Origin: a virus
Strand: one strand, 5' to 3'
DNA length: 64,000 nucleotides
IMG/VR virus record: IMGVR_UViG_3300032323_003835
Location: 47,206 to 111,205 of that record
Shown: one piece after another, positions 10,616-20,608 of the stretch
How positions within the stretch are numbered: the first letter of the stretch is position 1
Layout: each line of letters opens with the position of its first letter
Notes under the pieces: generated by a model
The model's database searches: none
Told to the model about the DNA's origin: nothing
Seen by the model: only the letters and a program-made list of their open reading frames with translations
Translations under genes and position numbers: made by a program

Positions 10616-10894
10616 TTATCTATCAATAGATATTTTTTCAAATGGTATAATTGGACTCATTCCGGTTTCTCTAAAATATGTAGATCTTATTTTTTTACCG
10701 AGTTCCATGTCGTTTGGTGTATCTAGGATGACCCGATAATCTATCATGATGTGAGACCTTGAGGATCCTTGGTAACAAGGTGTGCATAATTGTCCTACCC
10801 CCTCTACGTATCCATATCTTATATCGATATGGTCAGATATGCTGTATTTTGTGAGGATCCCACATATAACACATTTTTCTTTACCTGAATTCAT
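10616..10894 (-). CDS. Small zinc-finger-like hypothetical protein
   Basis: CxxC...YVEGVGQLCxxC. Confidence 0.6.
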   Translation of the reverse strand: MNSGKEKCVICGILTKYSISDHIDIRYGYVEGVGQLCTPCYQGSSRSHIMIDYRVILDTPNDMELGKKIRSTYFRETGMSPIIPFEKISIDR

Positions 10895-10912
10895 ACACTT
10901 AAGTATTATTGG

Positions 10913-11107
10913 TTATTCATTAGATGTATTGATCATCCTCTGTTTATAGATGGCATCTAGAACTTCCTTTCTTCGGGTAACTGAGGGTTTTGTGTAGCTC
11001 TGTCTTTCCCTTAGTTGATTGATAAGCTTAGTTTTAGATACCTTGTTCTTATAAACCTTTAGAGCCTGATCTATAGATCCGTACTTTGTTGCGTCTATTA
11101 TAATCAT
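10913..11107 (-). CDS. rpsU: Ribosomal protein bS21 (phage-encoded)
   Basis: SIDQALKVYKNK...LRERQSYTKPSVTRR matches the Bacteroidota-type bS21 pattern. Confidence 0.85.
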   Translation of the reverse strand: MIIIDATKYGSIDQALKVYKNKVSKTKLINQLRERQSYTKPSVTRRKEVLDAIYKQRMINTSNE

Positions 11108-11156
11108 AACATAATATCTATCCCTAAATAAATAAAAAGTTCCAAAACAGCAATAT

Positions 11157-11615
11157 CTAATTTTTATTATTTTCGGAAGGAATCCAATAGTTAAAATAAA
11201 AATCTCGGATAAAGTCTAGGGTTATATTTCCGCTCAGGAATCTATCCCTAAGCCCAAAATCCCTAAAGTTGATAACATTCCCGTTTATTAGGAATTTATA
11301 AAGAGGTTTAATTTGCTCTAGATCGTCTCTTTCGTTTAACGAGATTATTTCAGTGGATGTAAATTGTAAAAGGTCCCGGTTGTTTAGGAGTAATCTAAAT
11401 TTAGTAGTAGTTGTTGTTCCCTCTTTGAAGACTCTGGCTGACAAGTATACTGGTTTAATATGCCTTTTATCAAGATCAAATATATCTATAGCGGTATCCC
11501 CTAGATCCTTTATGTCCCGGCGATCTTTTATCTCGCCAATCCATTTAACATATTCATCGTTTGAACAATCATATATCATTGTTTCACATTGGCTTAACAC
11601 TGTCTCCTTTATCAT
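11157..11615 (-). CDS. Hypothetical protein
   Basis: 152-aa ORF overlapping the carbamoyltransferase stop. Confidence 0.6.
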   Translation of the reverse strand: MIKETVLSQCETMIYDCSNDEYVKWIGEIKDRRDIKDLGDTAIDIFDLDKRHIKPVYLSARVFKEGTTTTTKFRLLLNNRDLLQFTSTEIISLNERDDLEQIKPLYKFLINGNVINFRDFGLRDRFLSGNITLDFIRDFYFNYWIPSENNKN

Positions 11616-13291
11616 TTTTTTGAAATTAAATAATTACCTAAAACTAAGAAATCCATTTCGGAATCTAAAAATCTTATTATAGCATCTTTCGGATATAGCG
11701 TTATAGTTTGGTCCTTGAAATTGAAAGATGTGTTAAGTAATATTGGGTATCCTGATAATTCTCCAAAAGTTTTTAATAAACGATAGAATCTTGGATTTTC
11801 GTACGATGTTACAGTCTGAACTCTTGCTGTTCCATCCACGTGTGTTATTGCAGGTAAATCCCACTCTTCTTTAACCTTTACTACCATATTCATATACGGA
11901 ATGGACGATTCTGTTTCAAAAAATTTAGATGCTTCATCGAGGGTGACTGAGGGAGCGAAGGGCCTAAACATCTCCCTTTTCTTTATCACCGAATTTATTC
12001 TATCCTGCATGTGAGGATAGAGTGGTGAAGCTAGAATAGATCTATTTCCAAGTGCTCTGGCTCCAAACTCCATTTTACCCTGAAACCATCCTATAACATT
12101 TCCTTCGTTAAGAAGATTGGAACACTTGAAAATAAGATCTGTTGGATCCATATGATCGTAATTAATTCTATCTCCGAAATTTTTAAAGGATGCTTCTATT
12201 TCTTCTCTATCAAATGAAGGTCCCTGATACGCATCAAACGGTCCCTTTCTCTTCCATTCTTTTACTACGTTTATATAATGGAGACATGCTCCTATAGCGG
12301 ATCCCCCGTCGGACGGAGATAAAGGAACCCAGACGTTTTCATAATTTGATGAGGAGGATATTTTAGAATTTGCTACACCATTATAAGCGCATCCTCCGCC
12401 CAGACACAAATTACTAGTGTTATTAAGCTCGTAGCTAAACTTTATCACCTCAATCAATATTTCTTCATATATCTTCTGAACAGAGGCAGCTATGTGCTTG
12501 TGATGAGCTTCTATGGCATCATTAGAGAATCTTGGGTGGATATTAAGAAGAATAGATAGGTTCTCGTTAAACATTATTCTGTCCGAATAATTCCACGAGA
12601 AATATTTCATATTTACCCTGATTTTACCATTATCATAGGCTATGGTTTTTTTGATGGCATCATAATAGACGGAGGGATCACCATAAGAGGCCAATCCCAT
12701 TACCTTGTATTCTCCTTCGTTGGGCCTAAATCCAAGAAAGGCGGTAAATGCAGAATAAAAAAGCCCGAGGGAGTGCGGGTAATTTATCGAATGTAATTTA
12801 GTTATCCTATTTTTGGTTGCTTTAGAAATAGTAACTGTTTCCTTTTCACCAACGCCATCGACGGTTACTATATTACATTCCGAAAAATTAGACGTGAAGT
12901 ATGCTAAAGACGCGTGGGATAGGTGATGATCTACGAAATAGATTTTTTTAGAAAATCCCAGTTCGTCCAATAAAACGTCTTCCACTGATTTCTTTTTTCC
13001 GCTAAAGATGTAATCTACAATTCTTCTAAAATTTTTGATTGGATTCTTTCTGAAGGTTTCGATTACCCTCTCTCTTTTCTTTATGGGGTTTTCGTACCAA
13101 CAAACTACACTTATATCTTTTGCGGATATTCTATTGGATTTTAGTAGCCATTTAATAGTTTCCTTAGGGAATGAGCTATCACCCTTAACCCCGGTGAATC
13201 TTTCCTCCTCTGCTGCTCCCAGCAAGGTATTATTCCTATATAAACATGCTGCAGAATCGTGGTAAAATGCAGAGATTCCAAGTATATACAT
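11612..13291 (-). CDS. O-carbamoyltransferase, NodU/CmcH family
   Basis: ILGISAFYHDSAA, EEERF, HHLSHA, EYKVMGLA, EFGARALGNRS, FRPFAP, HVDGTARVQT, LNTSFN. Confidence 0.92.
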   Translation of the reverse strand: MYILGISAFYHDSAACLYRNNTLLGAAEEERFTGVKGDSSFPKETIKWLLKSNRISAKDISVVCWYENPIKKRERVIETFRKNPIKNFRRIVDYIFSGKKKSVEDVLLDELGFSKKIYFVDHHLSHASLAYFTSNFSECNIVTVDGVGEKETVTISKATKNRITKLHSINYPHSLGLFYSAFTAFLGFRPNEGEYKVMGLASYGDPSVYYDAIKKTIAYDNGKIRVNMKYFSWNYSDRIMFNENLSILLNIHPRFSNDAIEAHHKHIAASVQKIYEEILIEVIKFSYELNNTSNLCLGGGCAYNGVANSKISSSSNYENVWVPLSPSDGGSAIGACLHYINVVKEWKRKGPFDAYQGPSFDREEIEASFKNFGDRINYDHMDPTDLIFKCSNLLNEGNVIGWFQGKMEFGARALGNRSILASPLYPHMQDRINSVIKKREMFRPFAPSVTLDEASKFFETESSIPYMNMVVKVKEEWDLPAITHVDGTARVQTVTSYENPRFYRLLKTFGELSGYPILLNTSFNFKDQTITLYPKDAIIRFLDSEMDFLVLGNYLISKK

Positions 13292-13312
13292 TTAGATTTT
13301 AAATTTATATTT

Positions 13313-13519
13313 CTAGGAATCTAGATGTTTCCATCTGTCCTTGTTTACTATTGCAGAAATGCTTCTTCTTGACATCCCAAATTTTTCTGCCAATTGAATC
13401 ATAGTAACAGATCCAGATTTATAAATTTTTCTGATTTCCTGAACCTCTGATTCAGTGAGCTTAGAATTTGGATTCTTTTCCCCACTTAAAAAGGGATTGA
13501 TTGATTTTTCTTCTTTCAT
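13313..13519 (-). CDS. Small HTH protein (resembles HNH-endonuclease C-terminal HTH)
   Basis: GEKNPNSKLTESEV...LAEKFGMSRRSISAIV...W. Confidence 0.65.
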   Translation of the reverse strand: MKEEKSINPFLSGEKNPNSKLTESEVQEIRKIYKSGSVTMIQLAEKFGMSRRSISAIVNKDRWKHLDS

Positions 13520-13697
13520 ATCCCTTATATATCAAAAACGCGAACACGCGCATTATTCAGTAGATTCTTCCTTTTTTTCTTCGGATTCTCTAATCTTTTT
13601 TTCGTGGATTATTTTTTCTCCCATGATTTTTGCTGCCGCTTTTCTCATGGCTCTTTTATCCTCTTCTGACATTTTTTTGAGGTCTTTCTTTTTCATC

Positions 13698-13991
13698 CTA
13701 TTCCCATTCTTTTATTTGTAAGACTAGATCCCCAGATCCTTTTATAACTCTGTGCCATGTCAGACTAGGTATTGTTATGTTATCAAAGGATTTAGGTAGT
13801 TCATTTTCCATCTGGATTTTCCAGTCCTTACCCTCTAATATTTTAACACTTCTGTTTTTCAGATCCCTATGCCATAACAATTCTACTGGATCTATTTCCT
13901 GTGAGAACCTTCTTATTACAGAATCCTCAGAGTCAATGTCAATATATGGTTTAATCTCTACCAAAATCCAGGATAAGTTTTTCCTCCCCAC
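13698..13991 (-). CDS. Cupin-like hypothetical protein
   Basis: WHRD...WKIQMENELP...WHRVIKG. Confidence 0.55.
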   Translation of the reverse strand: MGRKNLSWILVEIKPYIDIDSEDSVIRRFSQEIDPVELLWHRDLKNRSVKILEGKDWKIQMENELPKSFDNITIPSLTWHRVIKGSGDLVLQIKEWE

Positions 13992-14485
13992 AAGTGAGCA
14001 TATCTATTAGCTCTACAAGCCCAATATCCTGGTTTAGTTTTGTCCTTCTTTTTATGACACTGATGTCTAGCAGCAAAACTTCTTCTGCGCTCTGGATCAC
14101 TAACCTTTGCTCTCATTCCCGGTATACCAAATTGAACCTTGATAACTTTTCCATTCTTGTTTTTAACGTAAACATAAAACTTCTTACTTCCTCCTCTCAT
14201 AGGATATGAAAGCTTAACATTCTTCCCCTGATATAATGCTTCATCAAGTATTTCTAGGGGCATATCAAGGGGAACTATAAGTCCCTCGTAGATCCCGGTT
14301 AATCCTAGATCACTAGTTTCGAAAAGCAAAGCTGTTTGCCTATCAACGGTTAGATCCCCCTTTAGATATAAGGATCTAGATTCACTTAAAAGATCAACAT
14401 GAGAATTGCTTCCTGGTCTGAATATTGATTCCGCAATACAGATTCTGTTGTCGATGTGAAATTGTAGGTGTTCTGATAATAACAT
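13958..14485 (-). CDS. Phage hypothetical protein with basic C-terminal domain
   Basis: KKFYVYV...FG...RRSFAARHQC...GYWAC. Confidence 0.6.
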   Translation of the reverse strand: MLLSEHLQFHIDNRICIAESIFRPGSNSHVDLLSESRSLYLKGDLTVDRQTALLFETSDLGLTGIYEGLIVPLDMPLEILDEALYQGKNVKLSYPMRGGSKKFYVYVKNKNGKVIKVQFGIPGMRAKVSDPERRRSFAARHQCHKKKDKTKPGYWACRANRYAHLWGGKTYPGFW

Positions 14486-14486
14486 A

Positions 14487-15407
14487 TTAAACCATATTTT
14501 TAGCTAGCATATCATCTCTGAAAGCAGTTGATTTTGCTAGGGTTTCTTGGAATATAGGCTTACTTAAATCGTTACCTAATCCGGCGTTAACGTGAAAGAC
14601 AGCTTTGAGAGCTGCATCTTTATTCGGAAATTCATTAGGATCATTTGATCCGTACAGGGATTTAACTTTAGGGTTTTTTAAATTCTCTATAAAATAAAGT
14701 ACTGCAACTTCTGCTGCAACATCTAGCTCGTTTAAGGCATCGGGATTGGTAACAAAGTTTATTGACCTTCCAAGTTTTCCATTTTCGTTATAGATCTTTT
14801 GCATTTTTTCATATCCGGCTTTAAAAGTAATTCCATTGAATCCTATTCCCGCATATTTTGATCCATCACCTGGTTGGGTGTTTCCCATTTTTTGAGAAGC
14901 CCCTGTAGGATCATCTGGACCATAAACCCTATCCCAAAATTTAGAAGGATCAGCTTTTAATGTATTAAGCTCAGCGTCAGTTAAAGTGGCGACTCTTTTA
15001 CCAAAGATTTTTCTGATTCTGTCATTACTAGTATTAGTATAAGGAACCTCATTCTGTGGTGCCCAACCGCACTCTTTACCGATAACACCCTGAATGGATG
15101 CTCTCATATTTTTATCGGTAATTCCGTGTCTGTCCATTGCCTTGTTTACTTCCTCTACGCCCTTTTTAACATCCTCCGCGGAAGGAACTTTAGCACCGCT
15201 TCCTTGTAATCTTTCGCCCCATGATGTACCACCACCTTCAGGATCATCCCCTAAGAAATCACCAAATCCTGCTCCTTTGATTATTTCTGCAGCCTTTTTT
15301 AATTGGTCTATCATTGTAGCACCCGACCCAGTAGGATCTTTCATTGGGTCTTCTTTTTTTACTTCCTGCTCATTTATAAAGCCTGAAAATTGTTTTAGGT
15401 ATTTCAT
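14487..15407 (-). CDS. Lysozyme/GH19-like protein with N-terminal MKYLKQF..NE peptide
   Basis: IGKECG (catalytic Glu-like), GNTQPGDGSKYAGIGFNGITFKAGY resembling the GH19 motif, NPDAL. Confidence 0.6.
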   Translation of the reverse strand: MKYLKQFSGFINEQEVKKEDPMKDPTGSGATMIDQLKKAAEIIKGAGFGDFLGDDPEGGGTSWGERLQGSGAKVPSAEDVKKGVEEVNKAMDRHGITDKNMRASIQGVIGKECGWAPQNEVPYTNTSNDRIRKIFGKRVATLTDAELNTLKADPSKFWDRVYGPDDPTGASQKMGNTQPGDGSKYAGIGFNGITFKAGYEKMQKIYNENGKLGRSINFVTNPDALNELDVAAEVAVLYFIENLKNPKVKSLYGSNDPNEFPNKDAALKAVFHVNAGLGNDLSKPIFQETLAKSTAFRDDMLAKNMV

Positions 15408-15408
15408 A

Positions 15409-15723
15409 TTAATTTCTAAATTTATGTGGGAATAGCAATCTTAATTCGTGCCCTTGTGGAATGTCTTTTTTTCTGATTCCAAATATTTTTTCTTCAGGAC
15501 AGGGATCTTCCCCGTTCCATTTAAATCCATTATTACATGCCCAGGTTTTCATTCCAGCGTTTACAGTCTGTCCGACCGAATATGGAAATCTAATACCAGC
15601 ATCATTATTTATCTCTGTAATTCTACCACCAGTGACAGAAACTATAATTTCTCTTCCCTGTCTAGAAACCAGATTAATTTTATTCTCTCCTGAATATGCT
15701 TCGTATATTTCTATATGCCTCAT
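15409..15723 (-). CDS. Hypothetical protein with MRHIEIYE N-terminus
   Basis: Shared N-terminal peptide; GATATATAGA upstream at ~15741-15750. Confidence 0.65.
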   Translation of the reverse strand: MRHIEIYEAYSGENKINLVSRQGREIIVSVTGGRITEINNDAGIRFPYSVGQTVNAGMKTWACNNGFKWNGEDPCPEEKIFGIRKKDIPQGHELRLLFPHKFRN

Positions 15724-15815
15724 TTTCTTGTTATTGTAATTCTATATATCAGATACATAAATCGATCCTTTGGAAACAATGATTGTAAAATAAACTAAAA
15801 TAATTAAAAGAAAAG

Positions 15816-16226
15816 ATGACCGAAAGAAAATATTTGCCAACATTAGCAGAATTGGTCGACAGACTAAGTATATCGCAATTAAAGGAGGTTTTTATTCCCC
15901 AACATAAGGATGAATACGCACAAGAAATAAGCGATATAGTGCATGATATTCAGGTTTTATTGGATTCAAGTGAAAAGGTAAACGCAGATACAATCAGGGC
16001 TATTGTGGTTCTTTCCCAAATGAATCTTCATATTTGGCACAACGAATCCAATTATAGAAAGGGAATAAAGGACGGAAATAACCTAGAACTTACCCACGGT
16101 CTGAATGGGATAAGAAACACGGCAAAGAACAAGATCCAAGAAATAGTGGGCGGAAGAAAGGATTACAAGATTGATTGCTTAGCTGCTGATTTTAAAGACT
16201 GGGAAATTAGCTGGAATAATGGGTAG
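15816..16226 (+). CDS. Hypothetical protein
   Basis: 136-aa helical ORF (TLAELVDRLSI...NLHIWHNE) next to the sugar-pathway genes. Confidence 0.65.
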   Translation: MTERKYLPTLAELVDRLSISQLKEVFIPQHKDEYAQEISDIVHDIQVLLDSSEKVNADTIRAIVVLSQMNLHIWHNESNYRKGIKDGNNLELTHGLNGIRNTAKNKIQEIVGGRKDYKIDCLAADFKDWEISWNNG

Positions 16227-17064
16227 GATATTTTTATTCGGCGATTCTTTTACCTTCAATCTGTATGAGAGAGCAAGGAATGTAAAAGAACCAGGGGTTA
16301 GTGAAAGACCGATATTAAAGTATATGGATCTCTTAACAAAAGAGTTGAACCCAGATCCATTACATTTTTCAGACTATTTAAAGAAATTTGGATATGATGT
16401 TTATAATTACGGGGGAAATGGAATATCGATATACTCGATCATTTACTACTTTAAAGCATTAGCAGATTTCAAATTCAAAGAGGGAGACAGAATAATAGTC
16501 AATCTTACCTCATTCTCTAGGTTCGATCTGATAGACGATAAAGGGGAGAACCACACAGCTGTCTGTGAAAACGTAGGCGACTGGACAGAGGATCTAACAA
16601 TAAAAAGATTTATTGTAGATCAAAGATTAAATAGACTCTACAGTTTAGACAATCGTGGGTATATTGGATGGGAACTTTTAAACTTTTTAAAATATTTCTT
16701 AGATCTACATAAAGAATATAGACCGATTCTTTGGTCGCCATTTCCTGAAAATATAAAACCTTTTGAAGATTGCAGGTGGTTTGTTAGAGACATTTCAGAC
16801 CCCATTTTTAAATCGATTTGTCCAGAGCATGATAAAATAAGAATATGGGACGAAACCCATAATTTAATTTATGATGAGCATTACAGCAGATATGGTAACT
16901 ACTATAATGCTCATATATTTAAATCTGTTTTAGAATCTGGACTGGATGGATTTTATCTTTCTGATGAAGATTTAAATTCTAAAATTTTTGACATTGTTTC
17001 AAAAGAATCTGGATTTACCCCAATAAAAGAAAGAGCAATTAATAGATTTAGGAATCTCATTTAA
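16219..17064 (+). CDS. SGNH/GDSL-like hydrolase-fold protein
   Basis: FGDSF block I and DxH(YS) block V; paralog of 60696..61541. Confidence 0.6.
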   Translation: MGRIFLFGDSFTFNLYERARNVKEPGVSERPILKYMDLLTKELNPDPLHFSDYLKKFGYDVYNYGGNGISIYSIIYYFKALADFKFKEGDRIIVNLTSFSRFDLIDDKGENHTAVCENVGDWTEDLTIKRFIVDQRLNRLYSLDNRGYIGWELLNFLKYFLDLHKEYRPILWSPFPENIKPFEDCRWFVRDISDPIFKSICPEHDKIRIWDETHNLIYDEHYSRYGNYYNAHIFKSVLESGLDGFYLSDEDLNSKIFDIVSKESGFTPIKERAINRFRNLI

Positions 17065-17088
17065 AACCAACAGGTAATATTTAGAAAA

Positions 17089-17634
17089 TTAGGAATAATA
17101 CAATTCCGGATATTCAACTATAACGTGGATGCCTCCTTTATTATAGACATCTTTATAAATTGATTCAATAGATTCCCATCCAGAAAGATCCCAGAATTTG
17201 ATATTAGGACACATGGATCTGAATTCGCTGAAATAATTTCCTCTGTGCTGATGTCCCGGATCTAATGGTTTATCTGATCCTTTTCCCAATCGTATAATCA
17301 TATTCGGATTCCACTTTCCTTGGCTCATCAATCCTATCTTATCAACATGATTAACTAGTTGATTCGTTGCGCATATTAAAAAATCCCATCTTGGATAAAA
17401 CGTGATTACAAAATTTCCAGTCATCGCCATTCCTAAAGACATTCCCATTTGGGATTCTTCCATTACAGGAACTTCGATCAGCTTATCTTTTGGTACGTCC
17501 CCGATAGTGGTACTCATCGGATTGCCGTGCCACAATACTTGTTGCCCGATGAATACAGTATCTTCTTTATCGGCAAGAAATTTCATGGATGCTGTTAGTG
17601 CATCTTTATAAGGGGTGTATTGGGGTTGTGCCAT
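17089..17634 (-). CDS. TPP-dependent enzyme beta subunit (transketolase/E1-beta pyrimidine-binding domain, short)
   Basis: VFIGQ, EVPVMEE...GMSLGMA, NQLVNH, PGHQH. Confidence 0.75.
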   Translation of the reverse strand: MAQPQYTPYKDALTASMKFLADKEDTVFIGQQVLWHGNPMSTTIGDVPKDKLIEVPVMEESQMGMSLGMAMTGNFVITFYPRWDFLICATNQLVNHVDKIGLMSQGKWNPNMIIRLGKGSDKPLDPGHQHRGNYFSEFRSMCPNIKFWDLSGWESIESIYKDVYNKGGIHVIVEYPELYYS

Positions 17635-17795
17635 ATTTAATTTATTTTAACATGAAAGAATAAAGAATCAAATTTAGAATGGGCAAGAAATCTAGATCCA
17701 TCTTTACATTCATACATGTTTACTTGTTTACCATTTACAATGTCTGTAAATTTATATTTAATGAATTTAGCAAATAATCTTTTCATATCTATCGA

Positions 17796-18428
17796 TTAAA
17801 AAACTACCCATTTACCAGTTCCGTAATGGGGCCATTCTTTTTCATATTCATACCAGATAACATCTTCTGGGATTTCTCTTTTGGTTCCTCCCCAGGTTTC
17901 TATTGTTGGAGTATTGGTTGAAACGTGATTGTCTTCAACTACAAACACTATTGGAAGATTTAAATTTTTAGCATACTTGTGCATCTCATAAAATCCTCCA
18001 GTTTCGAAAGCCATATCCCCAATAAAACACCAAACTTTATCTTTGCGATTTTCCCTCTTATTAGAAAGAGCAACCCCTGTTGCTATCGGAATTATAGCTC
18101 CCACTATAGCAGACGCATAAAATCTTTCTTCCTGACTTACTATTGTGATAGATCTTCCTGCTATAATTTCTTCTTCTAGCCAAACCGGACATACTCCTTT
18201 AATTAGAGCATGATAATGTGATCTCCACGTGGAAAAAACCCAATCGGTTGGTCTAATCCTTCTTCCGATTTCAATTAATTGATCCTCATTTCCACCGCTT
18301 AAATGTACCGGTCCTTTGATTTTTCCCGCTTCCCAGTGGTCTGCGATTAATCTCTCAAACTTTGATAAATCCTCTTTGGTGTATATGGGATCAGTAACAA
18401 CCGGGTATTTGTCTAAATTCTTTATCAT
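17796..18428 (-). CDS. TPP-dependent enzyme alpha subunit (E1-alpha-like, short)
   Basis: GPVHLSGGNE, STWRSHYH, GD(M)...EDN TPP-binding motif. Confidence 0.8.
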   Translation of the reverse strand: MIKNLDKYPVVTDPIYTKEDLSKFERLIADHWEAGKIKGPVHLSGGNEDQLIEIGRRIRPTDWVFSTWRSHYHALIKGVCPVWLEEEIIAGRSITIVSQEERFYASAIVGAIIPIATGVALSNKRENRKDKVWCFIGDMAFETGGFYEMHKYAKNLNLPIVFVVEDNHVSTNTPTIETWGGTKREIPEDVIWYEYEKEWPHYGTGKWVVF

Positions 18429-18431
18429 AAA

Positions 18432-18977
18432 TTAAATTAATCTTTTTACGTAATCTAAATTTTTTCTATATCTTCTAGATACATTCATATCTTCTATATG
18501 TTTTGGATTTTCTATATTTAAAAAATTACATATCTTAGGTATGTCCGTTTTATTTTCGAACAATCCTTCGTACGTTAATATAACATTATAATCCATCTTT
18601 CGTATTTTATTATTTTCCGAGGATATCCTTTCAGATAATACTTCCAATTTACTTTTATTAAAAACTATCCAATTCTCCGTAATAGAATATGGATTGTGCC
18701 AATTATTTGTTTCTGTAGCGTGCAAATGACTTATTGCACAATTTGATATATCTTCCCTTATTAATCCTATTGTTATTTTTTCTCCCTTTATATTTTCAAG
18801 GTGCTCTGGTTCCATTTTTATAATAAAGTTAGAGTTTGAAAAATCTACATTTCCGTATTTTTCTAAATGATATGGGTGATAAGGTTCATGAATATATTCC
18901 TTACTAAGTTCTTTACTAATCCAATTACAAAATGTTGTACCCCCGGTCCTCCCGTATGATAGAATACATATATTCAT
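18432..18977 (-). CDS. Sulfotransferase-like P-loop protein
   Basis: RTGGT PAPS-binding-like loop, HEP, TYE. Confidence 0.5.
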   Translation of the reverse strand: MNICILSYGRTGGTTFCNWISKELSKEYIHEPYHPYHLEKYGNVDFSNSNFIIKMEPEHLENIKGEKITIGLIREDISNCAISHLHATETNNWHNPYSITENWIVFNKSKLEVLSERISSENNKIRKMDYNVILTYEGLFENKTDIPKICNFLNIENPKHIEDMNVSRRYRKNLDYVKRLI

Positions 18978-19522
18978 TATCTGTCTCTCTTTTGTAATAT
19001 CGGTTTATCGGTTGGCCACTCCATTTGATATTCAGGGTCATTCCATTTAACCACACCTTGCTCATCCGCATCAACATATCTGTCTTTATAAAATAGATTA
19101 TAATGGAACATACAATCTGTTAAGGCATAATGTCCATTAGCAAATCCGGGCGGAACGAGAACTTGGTTCCTGTCTTTCTCTGTGATCATAAAAGATTCCC
19201 AATCTCCATAAGTTGGTGATTGCTTTCTCATATCTAGCACAATCAAATAAATGTCACCGACTGCCGCTTGAACCAATTTCCATGTTTTACTGTCGTAATG
19301 TAATCCTCTCAATACCCCTTTGTATGATTTTGAAAATCTTCCGTGTATACTGATTTCGTTCTTATCGTAATGTATGTGTCTCATTACCGGATGCTCTTCA
19401 CTATGAAATGTGGTAAATATCTCTCCTCTATATTCTCTATAGATCGAAGGGGTAAATGTTGGAACTTCGTATCCAAACTTTTTTGAAGGTGTTTCTTTAA
19501 ATTCGTCCCACTTGCTACTCAT
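18977..19522 (-). CDS. rmlC: dTDP-4-dehydrorhamnose 3,5-epimerase family
   Basis: GVLRGLHY, LDMRKQSPTYG, VPPGFANG, WNDP...W, DR; start taken at MSSKW (19522). Confidence 0.85.
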   Translation of the reverse strand: MSSKWDEFKETPSKKFGYEVPTFTPSIYREYRGEIFTTFHSEEHPVMRHIHYDKNEISIHGRFSKSYKGVLRGLHYDSKTWKLVQAAVGDIYLIVLDMRKQSPTYGDWESFMITEKDRNQVLVPPGFANGHYALTDCMFHYNLFYKDRYVDADEQGVVKWNDPEYQMEWPTDKPILQKRDR

Positions 19523-19526
19523 TGTC

Positions 19527-20498
19527 TTACATATTATTTGCGTATCCCAGTGGGAATCCATTTCTGAATTCCGCACCCATTTTTGGTACAATCATTTGAT
19601 AACCCATTATCAATTCCTCTATTCCTCTATCTATATCCCACTCAGGAGACCAGCCTGTTGATTCTATTTTTGCATTTGATACAATATAATCTCTTTTGTC
19701 AGGATCCTCGTAATAGTCGTTATAAGAAACAGCAAAGTTCTTAACATGATTCTGTATCTTTTCAAGCAATTCTTGTTTACTTAAATTTGCAGTAGTTAAA
19801 CCAACATTAAAAATCTCACCTCTATATCTCTCATAATTTTCCAACATAAACAAGAAGACATTTGCAACATCCTGTATATGAATGAAATTTCTTTTAAAGT
19901 TCTTCTCAAAAACCACAATGTATTTGTCAGTAATGGCTTTATATGTGAAATCATTAACTAACAAATCAGTTCTCATTCTTGGGGATACACCGAATACAGT
20001 TGCTAATCTAAAGATGATAGCATCAGTACTGGATTTTAATAAATCCTCAGCATTACATTTTGTTTTTCCGTAAATCGATATTGGATTTAAAGGTGATTCC
20101 TCTGTACATTCCGTTTGTCCCACACCGATACCATATCCACTGTTAGTGTTGGGGTACAGAATTTTTTTATTTTTACCTAATGTAAATTTAAAAATATTGA
20201 ATATTTGTTTATAGTTAATTTCCTCGGCCAATTCAGGTTCAGCATCACATGCAGGAAATCCAACGACCGCAGCTAAAGGGATGATTGCATCAACCTCGTT
20301 GCAAAGTTTTTCTAATAATGATTCATTTCTGACATCCCCGTGAATGAATCTAAAATTAGGGTTCGAGGTGTAAACTAATAGAGATGTCTGATTGAATATC
20401 AATTTATCCAAAACGACAACTTCATGACCGGCATTTAATATCTTTCCGGTGATAACAGAGCCTAAATATCCAGCCCCTCCTGTGATCAAAATCTTCAT
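19527..20498 (-). CDS. NAD-dependent sugar epimerase/dehydratase
   Basis: TGGAGYLGS, YGKTK, RLATVFG, RNFIHIQD. Confidence 0.9.
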   Translation of the reverse strand: MKILITGGAGYLGSVITGKILNAGHEVVVLDKLIFNQTSLLVYTSNPNFRFIHGDVRNESLLEKLCNEVDAIIPLAAVVGFPACDAEPELAEEINYKQIFNIFKFTLGKNKKILYPNTNSGYGIGVGQTECTEESPLNPISIYGKTKCNAEDLLKSSTDAIIFRLATVFGVSPRMRTDLLVNDFTYKAITDKYIVVFEKNFKRNFIHIQDVANVFLFMLENYERYRGEIFNVGLTTANLSKQELLEKIQNHVKNFAVSYNDYYEDPDKRDYIVSNAKIESTGWSPEWDIDRGIEELIMGYQMIVPKMGAEFRNGFPLGYANNM

Positions 20499-20560
20499 AA
20501 TAATTATAGATATAAAGCATCAATGAATTCAATTAAATCCCTAAATATTTAGGGATTGCA

Positions 20561-20588
20561 CAAAAAACCCTGGATTTACCAGGGTTTA
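20561..20588 (-). terminator. Intrinsic terminator
   Basis: AAACCCTGG-attta-CCAGGGTTT hairpin, followed on the minus strand by a T-tract. Confidence 0.65.
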
Positions 20589-20608
20589 TGATTAGATTAG
20601 AAATTGAT

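Noticed and set aside
13313-13519. HNH homing endonuclease
   Set aside because: Only the C-terminal HTH-like part is present; no HNH motif
17089-18428. Pyruvate dehydrogenase auxiliary metabolic genes
   Set aside because: Both subunits are much shorter than PDH E1, no E2/E3 is visible, and the context is NDP-sugar biosynthesis
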